From Thermoplasmata archaeon (GTDB lineage: Archaea > Thermoplasmatota > Thermoplasmata > Lutacidiplasmatales > UBA184), in NCBI GenBank assembly GCA_035933635.1, contig DASYYY010000021.1, positions 86,918 through 150,917 of the forward strand: a DNA stretch of 64,000 bases, read 5' to 3'. Of this stretch, positions 1 through 9,776 are shown piece by piece. The notes beneath the pieces are model-generated. The model ran no database searches. It was given only the letters and a program-made list of their open reading frames with translations, and had not been told where the DNA came from. The first letter of the stretch is position 1. Every line of letters begins with the position of its first letter. The translations under genes and the position numbers were made by a program.

Positions 1-861
1 CAGCAGCTCCTCGGCGTGCTCGGCCGAGAAGGCGAGTCGAGTCGGTGTGGCCTCGGCGTCGAGCGGCGATCCGAGGACGTGGGCCCCCCGTTGGGCGAGC
101 TCGCGGGACAGGTCGACTCGGTCGCCGGCCGGTAGCGGGGCGGCGAAGACCACCGAGACCTCGCGCGCCCCTCCGTGGAGCCGCTTGAGCTCGGCGGCGG
201 TGTCCAGCGCGAGGAGCTGGCCGAGGTGGAGCACCGCGATCCGGTCGCACAGCTGATCGGCCTCCTGCAGGATGTGCGTGGTGTAGACCATCGACAGCCC
301 CGCGCGGGCGCGCTGCTTCAGGTAGCGCAGGATCCGTCGGCGGGCCACCGCGTCGAGGCCGACCGTCGGTTCGTCGAGGAACAGGATCTCCATATCGTGC
401 ATCAGCTCGCGGGCCACCTGGAACCGCCGACGCTCCCCCCCCGAGAGCGCCCACGGCTTGCGCCGTCGGGCCGCTCCGAGCTCGAAGAGCTCGATCATCT
501 CCTCGGCCCGGGAGTTCGCCACCTCGCGCGGGACGCCCCAGAGGAACGCGTACAGCGTCAGGTTCCGCTCGACCGAGACGAAGTCGAGCGACTCGGACTG
601 GAGGACGACGCCGAGCCGGGCGCGGAGCGCCCGTCCGCCGGTCCGGATGTCCTGACCGAGGACCATCGCCGTGCCCTCGGTGGGCGGTAGCAGCGTGGTC
701 AGGAGCCGTACGGTGGTGGTCTTCCCGGCTCCGTTCCGTCCCAGGAGCCCGAGGACCTCGCCGCGCCCGAGCCCGAGCGACAGATGGCGGACGGCGAACC
801 GGTCGCTGCGGTAGGCGTAGCCGAGGTCCCGGGTCTCCAGGACCAGCTCGTTCGCGGCCAC
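1..861 (-). CDS. ABC transporter ATP-binding protein (partial; 3' end beyond window start)
   Basis: Minus-strand translation gives MAANELVLETRDLGYAYRSDRFAVRHLSLGLGRGEVLGLLGRNGAGKTT (Walker A), LSGGERRR (ABC signature) and ILFLDEPTVGLD (Walker B). Putative GTG start at 861, immediately after the stop of the upstream glucoamylase gene. Paralogous to the ABC ATPase at 18716. Confidence 0.7.
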   Translation of the reverse strand, partial: MAANELVLETRDLGYAYRSDRFAVRHLSLGLGRGEVLGLLGRNGAGKTTTVRLLTTLLPPTEGTAMVLGQDIRTGGRALRARLGVVLQSESLDFVSVERNLTLYAFLWGVPREVANSRAEEMIELFELGAARRRKPWALSGGERRRFQVARELMHDMEILFLDEPTVGLDAVARRRILRYLKQRARAGLSMVYTTHILQEADQLCDRIAVLHLGQLLALDTAAELKRLHGGAREVSVVFAAPLPAGDRVDLSRELAQRGAHVLGSPLDAEATPTRLAFSAEHAEELL

Positions 862-903
862 CGGCGGTTCTCCCGAGCCGCGGAGCTCCGTCGGACTTGG
901 CGC

Positions 904-3336
904 TTACGCGCTCGCGGCGACCGCTCGGGTGTCGTCGGCGGCGGGTTGAATGGCGACCCGGTAGTCCCGCCCTTCCCACGCGTTCCGTCCCGGCCAGAAG
1001 AAGGTGAACACCACCGGACCCTCCGTGTCGACCAGATCGAGGTCCACAAAGGAGATGCCCAGCTGGGTGGAGTGCGAGTCGGTGTCCTGGACCGTCCGCC
1101 ACCCGTCGGTGCTCCAGTGCAGCCGGAACGGCGAACTGGACTGGACCCGGAGCACGCACCCCGTCGGCACCGTTGACGGCTGACGGCCGTACTTCCAGAT
1201 CTCGAGTCGACAGGGGGGCCGACCGCGGCGGTTGGCGTAACGCGCCTCCACCGCCGGCACCCGGTCGAAGACCCGGCCGTCGACGGCGGACCTCAGGAGC
1301 TTCATGTATTCGGCGTGCGCCCACAACAGCGGCATCGCCGCCCCGGTGGAGCGCCCGAGCTGCAGATGCTTCTCGGGCAGGTCCGCCTCGTCCCAGACCT
1401 GCTCGGGCAGCAGGCCGGTCGGCGAGGCGAACCGCTCCATCGCCCGGAGATAGGGCCGCGCGTCCCTCCCCGCCCCGAGCTCGTAGTGCCCCCGCTCGCC
1501 GGTCAACAACGGCCATGCCCGACCCACCCCGCTCCGCAGGAACGGCTCGCCCGTCTCGGTCTGGCCGTACCCATCGTGATTGTATCGGCGCCAGCACGGG
1601 CCGAAGGGGGTGTGGACCTTGAGCACCGCGTCGACGACCGCGAGCGAGGCGACCACGAGGGGGTCGTCGGCGGATCGGACCCCGTACCGCACCAGCTCGA
1701 GGAACCCCGCATCGACGATCTCCTTCGCCGGATACTCCGGGGGAGCCTCGGGCGACTGGTTGTTGAGCGCGAGCCGGGCGGTCTCGGGATCCTCGTCCGG
1801 ACTCGAGTCACCGATGCGCACCGGGAAAATCCGCATGAAGTGACGCGGGTGGCCGGTCAGGAGCGTGCCGGTCGAGGTCACCGTCCATCGCTCGAGGTGG
1901 CCTTCGAGGAAGTCGGCGTTCTCCTCGAGGAAGGTGGCGGTCTCGGGGTCGCCGCGTACCCGGGAGAGCTGCCCGGCGACGACGAGCGCGCTGATGTGGG
2001 CGGCGAGCGTCGAGGGCGAGTACCCCGAGGCCTCCTCCCACCGGTCCTGGCCCGTCGCCGGGCCGTTCTCGACGAGGAACCGGGCCGCCCGCAGCACCAT
2101 CGGGTAGGGGTCGAAGTTCTCGAGCGCGTTCTCCCGGTGGAGCTTCTCGGCGAGGAGGATGGGGAAGGAGACCTCGTCGAGCTGGACCCCGCCCCAGTAC
2201 GGTTCCCCGTTCACCCAGGAGTTCTGCGGGAACCCTCCGTCGGCGTTCTGGCTGGAGGCAAGGTAGATCAACGTACGGAGGGGTGTCTCGCGATTGCCCA
2301 CGGCCAACAGACCGGCGGCGATCTCGCAGAGGTCCCGGGTCCACACGAGATGGTAGCCGCCCCGGTCGCTGTCGTTCTTCGCGTTCCCCCAGGGGATGGC
2401 GAGCGAGGCGATGAACGCCCCGGGGAAGGTCTTGTCCTCGTGGGTGAGGATCGTGCTGTGACTGAGGCGGGCGAGGTGGCCCCCGTCGGAGCTCGCCGCG
2501 GTCAGCTCCTTGAGCGACTCGACCGTCCGTCCCCACTGGGTCAGGAATCGGGCGCGATGGGCGGCGTAGGGGACCCCCAACGCCTGCAGTAGGCAGGTCA
2601 CCGCCGAGGAAGCTCCCCGCCCGAACCCGAGGCCTACCGTGAACGGCTCCTCCCCCGGGTCGCCCAGCTCGCCCGTGAGCGCCAGATTGCCGTCCGTCGC
2701 CCGGTCGAACTCCCAGGTCATCCACCGGTGCTGGGCGATGTCGGTCCAGCCGTCGCTCGAGCCGACGTAGCCGCAGGAGAGGCGGGTGAACGGCCGGCTC
2801 GCCCCGAGGGCGAGCCAGAGCCCGTTGCGCTCGGCGACGAGCAGTTGGTGCCCGGCCGCCTCGACGACGTAGCCGTTGTTGTGCATGCCGCCGACATCGA
2901 GGTGGGGTGCGGCGAGCAGGTAGAGCTGCAGCGGGCGGTCGAATCCTGGCGCCCGCCGCAACTGGACCTGCTGGAGGAGCACCGGGTAGTGCGGCGCCGC
3001 GAGGACCTCCTTCTCGATCGAGTACCGCCCCTCGGGGTCCGCGGTGACGACCCGATAGCCGGGCGCGACCGGGTCGAGATTGGTGACGGTCGGCACGAGG
3101 TGCCGCCGTTCCTCGTGAAACAGCTCGCCGCCATCGGAGATCAGGAACTGCAGGTCGCGGAGCTGCGGGTGGTCGACGAGCGGATAGTAGACCTCCGTGA
3201 CGATCCCGCGCCAGAGCGTGTACCAGATCTTCGAGTCACCGGAGTAGGCGGTGCCGGCTCCGATCTTGTCGCCGTGCTCCCACCGCGGGTCGATCCCCGG
3301 CGCGCCGAACGCGTGCCGATCTCCGCGGAACTGCAT
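904..3336 (-). CDS. Glucoamylase, GH15, with bacterial/archaeal-type N-terminal beta-sandwich domain
   Basis: N-terminus MQFRGDRHAFGAPGIDPRWEHGD...IWYTLWRGIVTEVYYPLVDHPQLRDLQF matches the glucoamylase N-domain. The (alpha/alpha)6 catalytic region contains WTRDL and LPEQVWDE. The ORF-track entry 904..3531 was trimmed to the internal ATG (3336..3334), which begins the conserved region. Confidence 0.85.
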   Translation of the reverse strand: MQFRGDRHAFGAPGIDPRWEHGDKIGAGTAYSGDSKIWYTLWRGIVTEVYYPLVDHPQLRDLQFLISDGGELFHEERRHLVPTVTNLDPVAPGYRVVTADPEGRYSIEKEVLAAPHYPVLLQQVQLRRAPGFDRPLQLYLLAAPHLDVGGMHNNGYVVEAAGHQLLVAERNGLWLALGASRPFTRLSCGYVGSSDGWTDIAQHRWMTWEFDRATDGNLALTGELGDPGEEPFTVGLGFGRGASSAVTCLLQALGVPYAAHRARFLTQWGRTVESLKELTAASSDGGHLARLSHSTILTHEDKTFPGAFIASLAIPWGNAKNDSDRGGYHLVWTRDLCEIAAGLLAVGNRETPLRTLIYLASSQNADGGFPQNSWVNGEPYWGGVQLDEVSFPILLAEKLHRENALENFDPYPMVLRAARFLVENGPATGQDRWEEASGYSPSTLAAHISALVVAGQLSRVRGDPETATFLEENADFLEGHLERWTVTSTGTLLTGHPRHFMRIFPVRIGDSSPDEDPETARLALNNQSPEAPPEYPAKEIVDAGFLELVRYGVRSADDPLVVASLAVVDAVLKVHTPFGPCWRRYNHDGYGQTETGEPFLRSGVGRAWPLLTGERGHYELGAGRDARPYLRAMERFASPTGLLPEQVWDEADLPEKHLQLGRSTGAAMPLLWAHAEYMKLLRSAVDGRVFDRVPAVEARYANRRGRPPCRLEIWKYGRQPSTVPTGCVLRVQSSSPFRLHWSTDGWRTVQDTDSHSTQLGISFVDLDLVDTEGPVVFTFFWPGRNAWEGRDYRVAIQPAADDTRAVAASA

Positions 3337-3370
3337 CTCCCCTCGAACCGGTCGTGCTCGATCGCAGCGT

Positions 3371-5392
3371 TCAGCGGGAGGTCGGGGTCGAGCCCAGATC
3401 CCCCGAACGGCCGAGGAGCGCCCGTCCTCGAGCCACGACATTCTCGACCGAGAAGCCGAGGTTGGCGTAGACCGTCGGGCCCGGAGCGGAGGCTCCGAAC
3501 CGCTCCAGCCCGAGCACGTCGCCCCGCGCACCGACGTACTTCCACCACCCCAGAGGGCTGCCCGCTTCGATGGCGAGGCACGGTAGGCCCGGGGGGATCA
3601 CGCTCTGGCGATACTCGGGCGGGTTCTCTTCGAAGAGCTCCACGGAGGGCATCGAGACCACCCGTACAGCGGTGCCCTCCCGTTCGAGCGCCGCTTGGGC
3701 GGCGAGCGTGAGGTGCACCTCCGATCCAGTGGCCAGGAGAACCAGTTCCGGCGCCCGTGAGGCCTCCCGAAGCGTGTAGCCCCCCCGAGGGACGCCGGCG
3801 CGGATCGGGTACTGCTCGACGTCCAAGACGGGCAGCTTCTGTCGGGTGAAGACGAACAGCACCGGACCGGGGCGCGGTATGCCCGCCCTCCATGCCTCGA
3901 CCGTCTCGTTCGCGTCGGCCGGCCGGAACAGCGTCAGCCCCGGGATCGACCGCAGGCTCCACAGGTGCTCGATCGGCTGATGGGTCGGCCCGTCCTCGCC
4001 GAGGCCGATCGAGTCGTGGGTGAAGAGGAACAATCCGTGGGCGCGCATCAGCGCCCCCAACCGAATCGCCGGACGTGCATAGTCGGCGAACACCAGGAAC
4101 GTCGCACCGTAGGGGATCACCCCCCCGTGCATCGCCATGCCGTTGACCGCCGCGGCCATCGCATGCTCGCGCACGCCGAAGTGAAGGTTCCGACCGACCC
4201 GACCGGCACGGAGGCTACCCTCGCCGTCCATGAGGGTCTTCGTCGAGGGAGCCAGATCCGCTGACCCGCCGATGAGGGTGGGGAGATGCGGTACCAAGGA
4301 TTTGACCGCCTTCGCGGACGCATCTCGCGTCGCCAGTTCCCCCTCCCTGCCATCGAACCTCGGCAGCTCCCGATCCCACCCGTCGGGCAATCGACCGGCC
4401 AGCGCGCGTTCAAACATCTCGGCGAGATCGGGATGGGCGGAACGGTAGCGGGACAGTAGCGAGCGCCACTCGGTGTGAAGTGCCCCACCCTTCGCTCGGA
4501 CCGATCGGGTGTACTCGGCGATCTCCGGGGGGATGTAAAAAGGTGGTTCCACGGGCCAGCCGAGCCGCTCCTTGGCGGCACGCGCGGCCGCCGCACCCAG
4601 CGGCTCGCCGTGGGCGTCCTTGGTGTCCTGCTTGGGGCTGCCGTAGCCGATGTGGGTGCGAACCTGGATGAGATGCGGCCGGTCGGTGGCGCGCGCGGCG
4701 GCGCGGATCGCCCCGTCGATGGCGTCCCGGTCGTTGCCGTCGGGGACCTCACGCGTGTCCCAACCGTAGCTGCGGAACCGGGCGAGCACGTCCTCGGTGA
4801 ACGTCAGTTCGGTCGGGCCCTCGAGCGAGACCTGGTTCGCGTCGTACAGATAGAAGAGCTTCCCGAGGCCGGCCGTGGCCGCGTACGAGGCCGCCTCGCT
4901 ACTGATCCCCTCCATCAGGTCGCCGTCGGAAACGAGGCCGTAGACCCGGTGGTCCACCACCGGAAAGCCTTCGCGATTGAACGCGTGTCCCAGGAACTTC
5001 TCGGCGAGCGCCAGGCCGACACCCATTCCGAATCCCTGACCGAGCGGACCGGTGGTGACCTCGACACCGGCCGTCAACTCGGCTTCGGGATGGCCCGGGG
5101 TGCGGCTCCCGTACTGCCGGAAGCTCCGGAGCTGTTCGATCGGGAGGTCGTAGCCGCTGACGTGGAGCAGGGAGTACAGGAGCGCCGAACCGTGACCGGC
5201 GGACAGGACGAAACGATCCCGGTCCGGCCAGTTCGGGTCGGCCGGATCGTGCCGCAGGAACCGGGACCAGAGCACGTGCGCCATCGGGGCGGCCCCGAGC
5301 GGTAGACCCGGGTGGCCGGACTTGGCCGCCTCGACCATGTCGACGGAGAGGAACCGCAGGGTGCCAACGACCTGGTCATCGAGTTCGCTCAT
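3371..5392 (-). CDS. tkt: Transketolase (full-length)
   Basis: MSELDDQVVGTLRFLSVDMVEAAKSGHPGLPLGAAPMAHVLW... contains the TPP-binding GDG motif and typical transketolase central and C-terminal domains. The real start MSELDD (ATG at 5392) was chosen over the Arg-rich 190-aa N-terminal ORF extension. ATGA stop/start overlap with the upstream glucokinase gene. Confidence 0.9.
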   Translation of the reverse strand: MSELDDQVVGTLRFLSVDMVEAAKSGHPGLPLGAAPMAHVLWSRFLRHDPADPNWPDRDRFVLSAGHGSALLYSLLHVSGYDLPIEQLRSFRQYGSRTPGHPEAELTAGVEVTTGPLGQGFGMGVGLALAEKFLGHAFNREGFPVVDHRVYGLVSDGDLMEGISSEAASYAATAGLGKLFYLYDANQVSLEGPTELTFTEDVLARFRSYGWDTREVPDGNDRDAIDGAIRAAARATDRPHLIQVRTHIGYGSPKQDTKDAHGEPLGAAAARAAKERLGWPVEPPFYIPPEIAEYTRSVRAKGGALHTEWRSLLSRYRSAHPDLAEMFERALAGRLPDGWDRELPRFDGREGELATRDASAKAVKSLVPHLPTLIGGSADLAPSTKTLMDGEGSLRAGRVGRNLHFGVREHAMAAAVNGMAMHGGVIPYGATFLVFADYARPAIRLGALMRAHGLFLFTHDSIGLGEDGPTHQPIEHLWSLRSIPGLTLFRPADANETVEAWRAGIPRPGPVLFVFTRQKLPVLDVEQYPIRAGVPRGGYTLREASRAPELVLLATGSEVHLTLAAQAALEREGTAVRVVSMPSVELFEENPPEYRQSVIPPGLPCLAIEAGSPLGWWKYVGARGDVLGLERFGASAPGPTVYANLGFSVENVVARGRALLGRSGDLGSTPTSR

Positions 5393-6381
5393 GCCGCACC
5401 CGGAACGGTCCGGCGCCGCACGAGCTCGGCGGCACCCAGTATCCCCGCATCGGCGCCGAGGCGGCTGGCCCGCACGCGCGCGTGGGCCGCCGGAGGCTGG
5501 CAGCGTTCGTTGACGGCCCTCTGCGCCGTGGGAATGAACTCCGGGTAGCCCTCGGGGATCTTCCCGCCGACGATCACCAGGTCGGGGTTGAAGGCGTTCA
5601 CGAGCCCGACCACGCCGCTCGCGAACTCCTCGGCGAGCCGCCGAAGGAATCGGGACGCCAACGGATGACCGTGCTCGGCGGCCTTCTCGAGCGCGAGCGG
5701 GTCCAGGTGGCCGACCGACCCCCCGGGCCCGAGCAGAGCGCCCGCGGCCGTGGGGTCCTCTCGCGCCAGCTGCTGAAACCGCTCGGCGATCGCCCAGCCC
5801 GAAACGTAGGCTTCCCAGCATCCGACGTTGGGGCAGTGACAGGGTCGGCCGCCGTGGACGAAGGTGAAGTGCCCGATCTCGCCGGTCGAATGGTGCGCGC
5901 CCTCGAGCAGCCTTCCGTCGACGACCGCGCCTCCCCCGACGCCGGTGCCGATGACCAGGCACAGCAGGTTGTCGTTGCCCGCACCCTCACCGTAGGTCCA
6001 TTCCCCCAGGGTGATCGTTCGCGCATCGTTCTCGACGACGACCGGCAGGCCGAGCGCCGCCTGGAGGCGGTCGCGCAAGGGATAGTCGCGCCAGCGGAGG
6101 TTCGGTGCATGGACGACGCTCCCGCTCGCCCGCTCGACCTGAGCGGCGACGCCGACCCCGACGGAGCTCGCGCGAGCGTCGCCCGACTCGGCCACCGCCC
6201 GGATGCACTCCGCCAGTCCGGCCAGGACCTCGTCCGGCTGCAGCGAGGGGGCCACCGGTTGACGATGGCGACGGACGATGGACCCGTCCGGCGCGACCAG
6301 GCCCGCGACGATCTTGGTCCCGCCGACGTCCGCGCCCACGGTCCAGCCCGCGGCCGCGGGTGCCGTTCGCGGTCCGGACAC
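5389..6381 (-). CDS. ROK-family glucokinase/sugar kinase
   Basis: GADVGGTKIVAGLV (ROK N-terminal ATPase motif), LCLVIGTGVGGGAV and the zinc motif HCPNVGCWEAY. Start is uncertain (GTG at 6381 or GTG at 6339). Stop overlaps the tkt start (ATGA). Confidence 0.8.
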   Translation of the reverse strand: MSGPRTAPAAAGWTVGADVGGTKIVAGLVAPDGSIVRRHRQPVAPSLQPDEVLAGLAECIRAVAESGDARASSVGVGVAAQVERASGSVVHAPNLRWRDYPLRDRLQAALGLPVVVENDARTITLGEWTYGEGAGNDNLLCLVIGTGVGGGAVVDGRLLEGAHHSTGEIGHFTFVHGGRPCHCPNVGCWEAYVSGWAIAERFQQLAREDPTAAGALLGPGGSVGHLDPLALEKAAEHGHPLASRFLRRLAEEFASGVVGLVNAFNPDLVIVGGKIPEGYPEFIPTAQRAVNERCQPPAAHARVRASRLGADAGILGAAELVRRRTVPGAA

Positions 6382-6440
6382 GTCCGGCCCCGTTCGGCGG
6401 GGAGCAGATAACGCATCGGGCCCGACGCGTCGCCGTTCGG

Positions 6441-8306
6441 CTATTCGTCGTCGTCGGCCGCGCCGCGCATCGCCCGCTGATACTTGTGGACCACATCGAC
6501 GAAGGTCGAATGGGACCAGGCGAGCGGGACCGCGCTGCGGCTCTCGCCGGTCTGGGCGTCCACCTGCTCGGGAAGGAGCGAACTGGCGGTGGCGTGCTGG
6601 ACGACCCAATCGAGCAAGGCGCGGCAGCGCTCCTTGTCGCCGAGCATCAGCCGCGCCTCGGCCAGCCAGAGCGTGCAGATGATCCAGGGGTTCTCGCGGC
6701 CGTAGTACTCGTCACCCTCGTAGCGCGCCACCCCACCGACCGTCGGGTTCCACAACCGTCGCTCGATGGTGTCGACCACCCGCGCCGCGCGTGGGTCCGC
6801 CCAGTCGAGCAGGCCGAGCTTGAGCGCGAGCAGGACCGACGCGTCGATCCGCTCGTCGCGCGGGTTGATGCTCCGCAGGAACATTCCCTTCTCCTCGCTC
6901 CAGAGATGGCGGAGCGCCGACTCGTGCATCGCCTCGGCGGTCTCGTGCCACGGAGTACCGTCCTTGCCGAGCTCGCGGGCGATCCGGAACGCGCGCTCGA
7001 GCGCGTGGATGACGACAGCGACCGAATAGGTGTTGATCGCTTCGCGCTCCTCCCACAGGTCGAAGCTGGGCCGGCACAATCCCGTCGGTAGGTCGCGGAA
7101 CTGGCGGAGGAACTCCGCGGCGTTCTTGACCATCGGCCAGTGGTCGAGGAGGACCTCGAGCTCGGCGCGGAGTTTGAAGTGGTGCCAGACCGCGGCGATG
7201 ACAGTCCCGGTCTGGTCGATCTGGAGGAACGGCGGCGGATGCCAGGTGCTCCCGAACGTCCCGTCGGGGAAGTGGCGGTGCAGGAACGAACCGTCGGGGC
7301 GTTGGCACTGCGCGGCGAACCGGAGGAAACGTCGGGCGTTGTCGTAGAGCCCGGCCTCGTCCATGGCCTTGGAGATGTAGCCGCCGTCGCGCCACCAGCA
7401 GTAGTTGTAGGTGTCCCCGCCGATGACCAGCGCAGTCGTATCCGGCGAGGCGATGATGGAGCCGTTCTGCGCCGAGACGTGGCGCATGACGTGCACGCTC
7501 GCCTGGTAGAGCCGGCGCGCCCGCTCCTCCAATCCGGGCGTGGCGCGAACCGGATGGCGCGCCGTCCAGGTGCCCCAGAACGCGCGCGCCTCGCGCTCGA
7601 ACCGTGCGGGATCTCCCGCCCGTACGTACTCGCGGAGCCGACGGGTGTCGTCGAGCTGCCGACCGAGGGCGACGAACATCCGCACGAACACCGGCGCGGT
7701 GCCGGCCCCGACGATGTTCCATTGGAGCGCGCTGTCCGCGGCGCCGTGGCTGATGGTGCGACCTTCGAGGAGGCCGTCCTCGGCGTCGACGTAGGTGCCC
7801 CGAAGCCCCTTCAACGTGTGCTCGCCACAGACGGCGGAGTCGAAGCCCGGGTCGCTGAACAATTCGAAGTAGAAACTGCGCTTGTAGTGGACGACCGAGT
7901 GGAGCTCGGGGTCGACGTACGCGGTCTCCTGGTACATCGACTCCTCGATCTTGAACGAGTGGTAGGAGAACAATCGGAGCTTACGGCCCTCCGGCGCGGA
8001 GACGCGGATGACCCGCACGATCAGGTCGTGGTTCGGGTGGATGTGCTCGAGGACCCGGAGGTCCACCCCCATGCCCCGGAACTGCGTCTCGGGGACCGTG
8101 GTGGAGCTCTCGGGGACCTGGGTGACCTCGAACGGCCCTCCGACCCGCAGCCAAGAGAACTTGCGGTCGGCGACATCGTAGAGCCCGAGGCGGGACTCGC
8201 GGAGGTGCTGGAACTCCCCCGGGTAGGGGTAGAACAGGTCGTTCCACTCGCCCGCTTCGTTCAGGGTCAGCAGGATCCGGCCGTTGCCGGTAAGCTGGGT
8301 GATCAT
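6441..8306 (-). CDS. GH15-family glycoside hydrolase (glucoamylase/trehalase/glucodextranase-like)
   Basis: 621 aa. Catalytic-region motifs WWRDGGY and SFDLWEEREAINTYS (GH15 general acid region). N-terminal beta-sandwich followed by an (alpha/alpha)6 barrel. Similar architecture to archaeal GH15 enzymes. Confidence 0.8.
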   Translation of the reverse strand: MITQLTGNGRILLTLNEAGEWNDLFYPYPGEFQHLRESRLGLYDVADRKFSWLRVGGPFEVTQVPESSTTVPETQFRGMGVDLRVLEHIHPNHDLIVRVIRVSAPEGRKLRLFSYHSFKIEESMYQETAYVDPELHSVVHYKRSFYFELFSDPGFDSAVCGEHTLKGLRGTYVDAEDGLLEGRTISHGAADSALQWNIVGAGTAPVFVRMFVALGRQLDDTRRLREYVRAGDPARFEREARAFWGTWTARHPVRATPGLEERARRLYQASVHVMRHVSAQNGSIIASPDTTALVIGGDTYNYCWWRDGGYISKAMDEAGLYDNARRFLRFAAQCQRPDGSFLHRHFPDGTFGSTWHPPPFLQIDQTGTVIAAVWHHFKLRAELEVLLDHWPMVKNAAEFLRQFRDLPTGLCRPSFDLWEEREAINTYSVAVVIHALERAFRIARELGKDGTPWHETAEAMHESALRHLWSEEKGMFLRSINPRDERIDASVLLALKLGLLDWADPRAARVVDTIERRLWNPTVGGVARYEGDEYYGRENPWIICTLWLAEARLMLGDKERCRALLDWVVQHATASSLLPEQVDAQTGESRSAVPLAWSHSTFVDVVHKYQRAMRGAADDDE

Positions 8307-8411
8307 CGCTCGGACCCACCGGCGCTCATTCTTGACCGTTCAGTTCCTTCGGACACGTACTTTGCGGCTTCTGCCTATGCAGGGTCGCGGGCCCCGGATC
8401 GGCCCCCCGGC

Positions 8412-8708
8412 CTAGATTCGGACCGTGAACCCCGGCCCGACCGTTCGTGCCGGGGACCGCTCGAGCCGGTCGACCCGCTCCGCGTCGCTGGCGCCGTACC
8501 GGCCTCCGATTCGGACGGCGAGGGCCTCCAAGCGCCGGACCGGCCCCTGCACGTCGACCAATACCGAGCCATCGGCCTCGTTCCAAACCTCCCCCGAGAG
8601 GCCAAGGGCCTGGGCAGCTCGACGCACCCGTTCGCGATAGCCCACGCCCTGGACTCGACCGGTCGCCCGGAGTCGCCAGTGCTCGACCGGCCCTTCCCCA
8701 GCGTTCAC
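8412..8708 (-). CDS. acyP: Acylphosphatase
   Basis: 98 aa. Both acylphosphatase signatures are present: GRVQGVGYR and GEVWNEADGSVLVDVQG. Confidence 0.8.
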   Translation of the reverse strand: MNAGEGPVEHWRLRATGRVQGVGYRERVRRAAQALGLSGEVWNEADGSVLVDVQGPVRRLEALAVRIGGRYGASDAERVDRLERSPARTVGPGFTVRI

Positions 8709-8831
8709 TCGACGCGCGATGGAACGAGGCGGCTCATGAGCCTAGTTCGTCCGATCGTTCGGCGGCGACGGAATGTCTAAGAGCCGATTCGACCCAAGAT
8801 ACTCTGGATTCTGCTCTCGAACGCATCTCCG

Positions 8832-9749
8832 ATGGACCGAAACACCACCGAGCCACTCACCGCTACCCCGGAGAATTCGCCACGGTCCGACGAACCTCCT
8901 CGGCCCGTCGGGGACGGTCGGGCGAACGGTCGGGCCGAACCCCCTCCCTCCCCGCTCGAAGACAGCTTGCCGTTCCTGTTCTTCGGAGGAGTGTGCGTCG
9001 TCACGGCGATCTGGCTCTACCTCTCGAATCCGGTCCCCGGCAATCCGCTCCCGCTGTGGACCCTGCTCCTCGGCGTGGGAGTCATCGCGCTCGCCGGGGG
9101 GATCCTGGGCGCATTGATCGGCGTGCCGGGGCCCGCCCGCCCTGCACCGGTCCCCCGTCGCCGCCGGGTGGCCACGACGGCCCCTCGGCCCCCCGCTCCT
9201 CTGCCACCGCCCGTACGGGTGATCCCGCCCGTCGCCGTTCCCCGCACCGCACGGCCGACCCCTGCCCGTGAGATGGTGTCGATCGAAGCCGAGGCGTCGG
9301 ACTTCACAGGATTGGGGACAACGGCCACCCCTGCACCCTCGGCGGACCGGGGCCCGGAGTTGTACCGTCCGATCTTTGATTCGCCCCGAAACGAACCGCC
9401 GGCGGAGGATCGAAGCTCGGACGAGGTGCTTCGGAGCATCGAGGAACTCTCTGACATCATCCGGCGGGACCGACGCTCCTCCCCCTCAGAGGCATCGAGC
9501 TCGCTCGTCAGCTCCAACTGCGGGAGTTGCGGGTCGACGATCGTCCCCTCGGCGGCTCCGGTGCAGTGTCGCTCGTGCCGCGCCGCGCTGTGCAGCGCCT
9601 GCATCGAATTGGGGCAGCGGGATGGCCATCCGGGGGCGTGCCCGACCTGCGCGCTCCTCGAGGAAGTCGAGACCGCCGACCGCTCTCCCCGAGCTTGGCG
9701 CTCGGGACCCGGCGACGCCCCCGTCCCCGGCACGAGTTACGACGTTTGA
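8832..9749 (+). CDS. Membrane protein with two TM helices, Pro/Arg-rich linker and C-terminal 8-Cys double zinc ribbon
   Basis: TM segments LPFLFFGGVCVVTAIWLYL and LWTLLLGVGVIALAGGILGALIGV. C-terminus CGSCGS...CRSCRAALCSAC...CPTC. No recognisable family. Confidence 0.45.
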   Translation: MDRNTTEPLTATPENSPRSDEPPRPVGDGRANGRAEPPPSPLEDSLPFLFFGGVCVVTAIWLYLSNPVPGNPLPLWTLLLGVGVIALAGGILGALIGVPGPARPAPVPRRRRVATTAPRPPAPLPPPVRVIPPVAVPRTARPTPAREMVSIEAEASDFTGLGTTATPAPSADRGPELYRPIFDSPRNEPPAEDRSSDEVLRSIEELSDIIRRDRRSSPSEASSSLVSSNCGSCGSTIVPSAAPVQCRSCRAALCSACIELGQRDGHPGACPTCALLEEVETADRSPRAWRSGPGDAPVPGTSYDV

Positions 9750-9776
9750 AATAGGGGAGCCCGCGTCGGCCCGGCG

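Noticed and set aside
1315-2592. 425-aa + strand ORF (and other ORFs 1173..1622, 1808..2725, 2728..3711) overlapping the glucoamylase gene
   Set aside because: Antisense or alternate-frame ORFs with Arg/Gly/Pro-rich low-complexity translations, typical of high-GC DNA. The minus-strand frame encodes a well-conserved GH15 enzyme.
5393-5962. 190-aa N-terminal extension of the transketolase ORF (3371..5962)
   Set aside because: The extension is extremely Arg-rich and overlaps the glucokinase gene. Conserved transketolase sequence begins at MSELDD (ATG 5392) with an ATGA overlap to the upstream stop.
7140-8780. 546-aa + strand ORF antisense to the GH15 gene and acylphosphatase
   Set aside because: The D/E/R/G-rich translation has no recognisable motifs and conflicts with two well-supported minus-strand genes.
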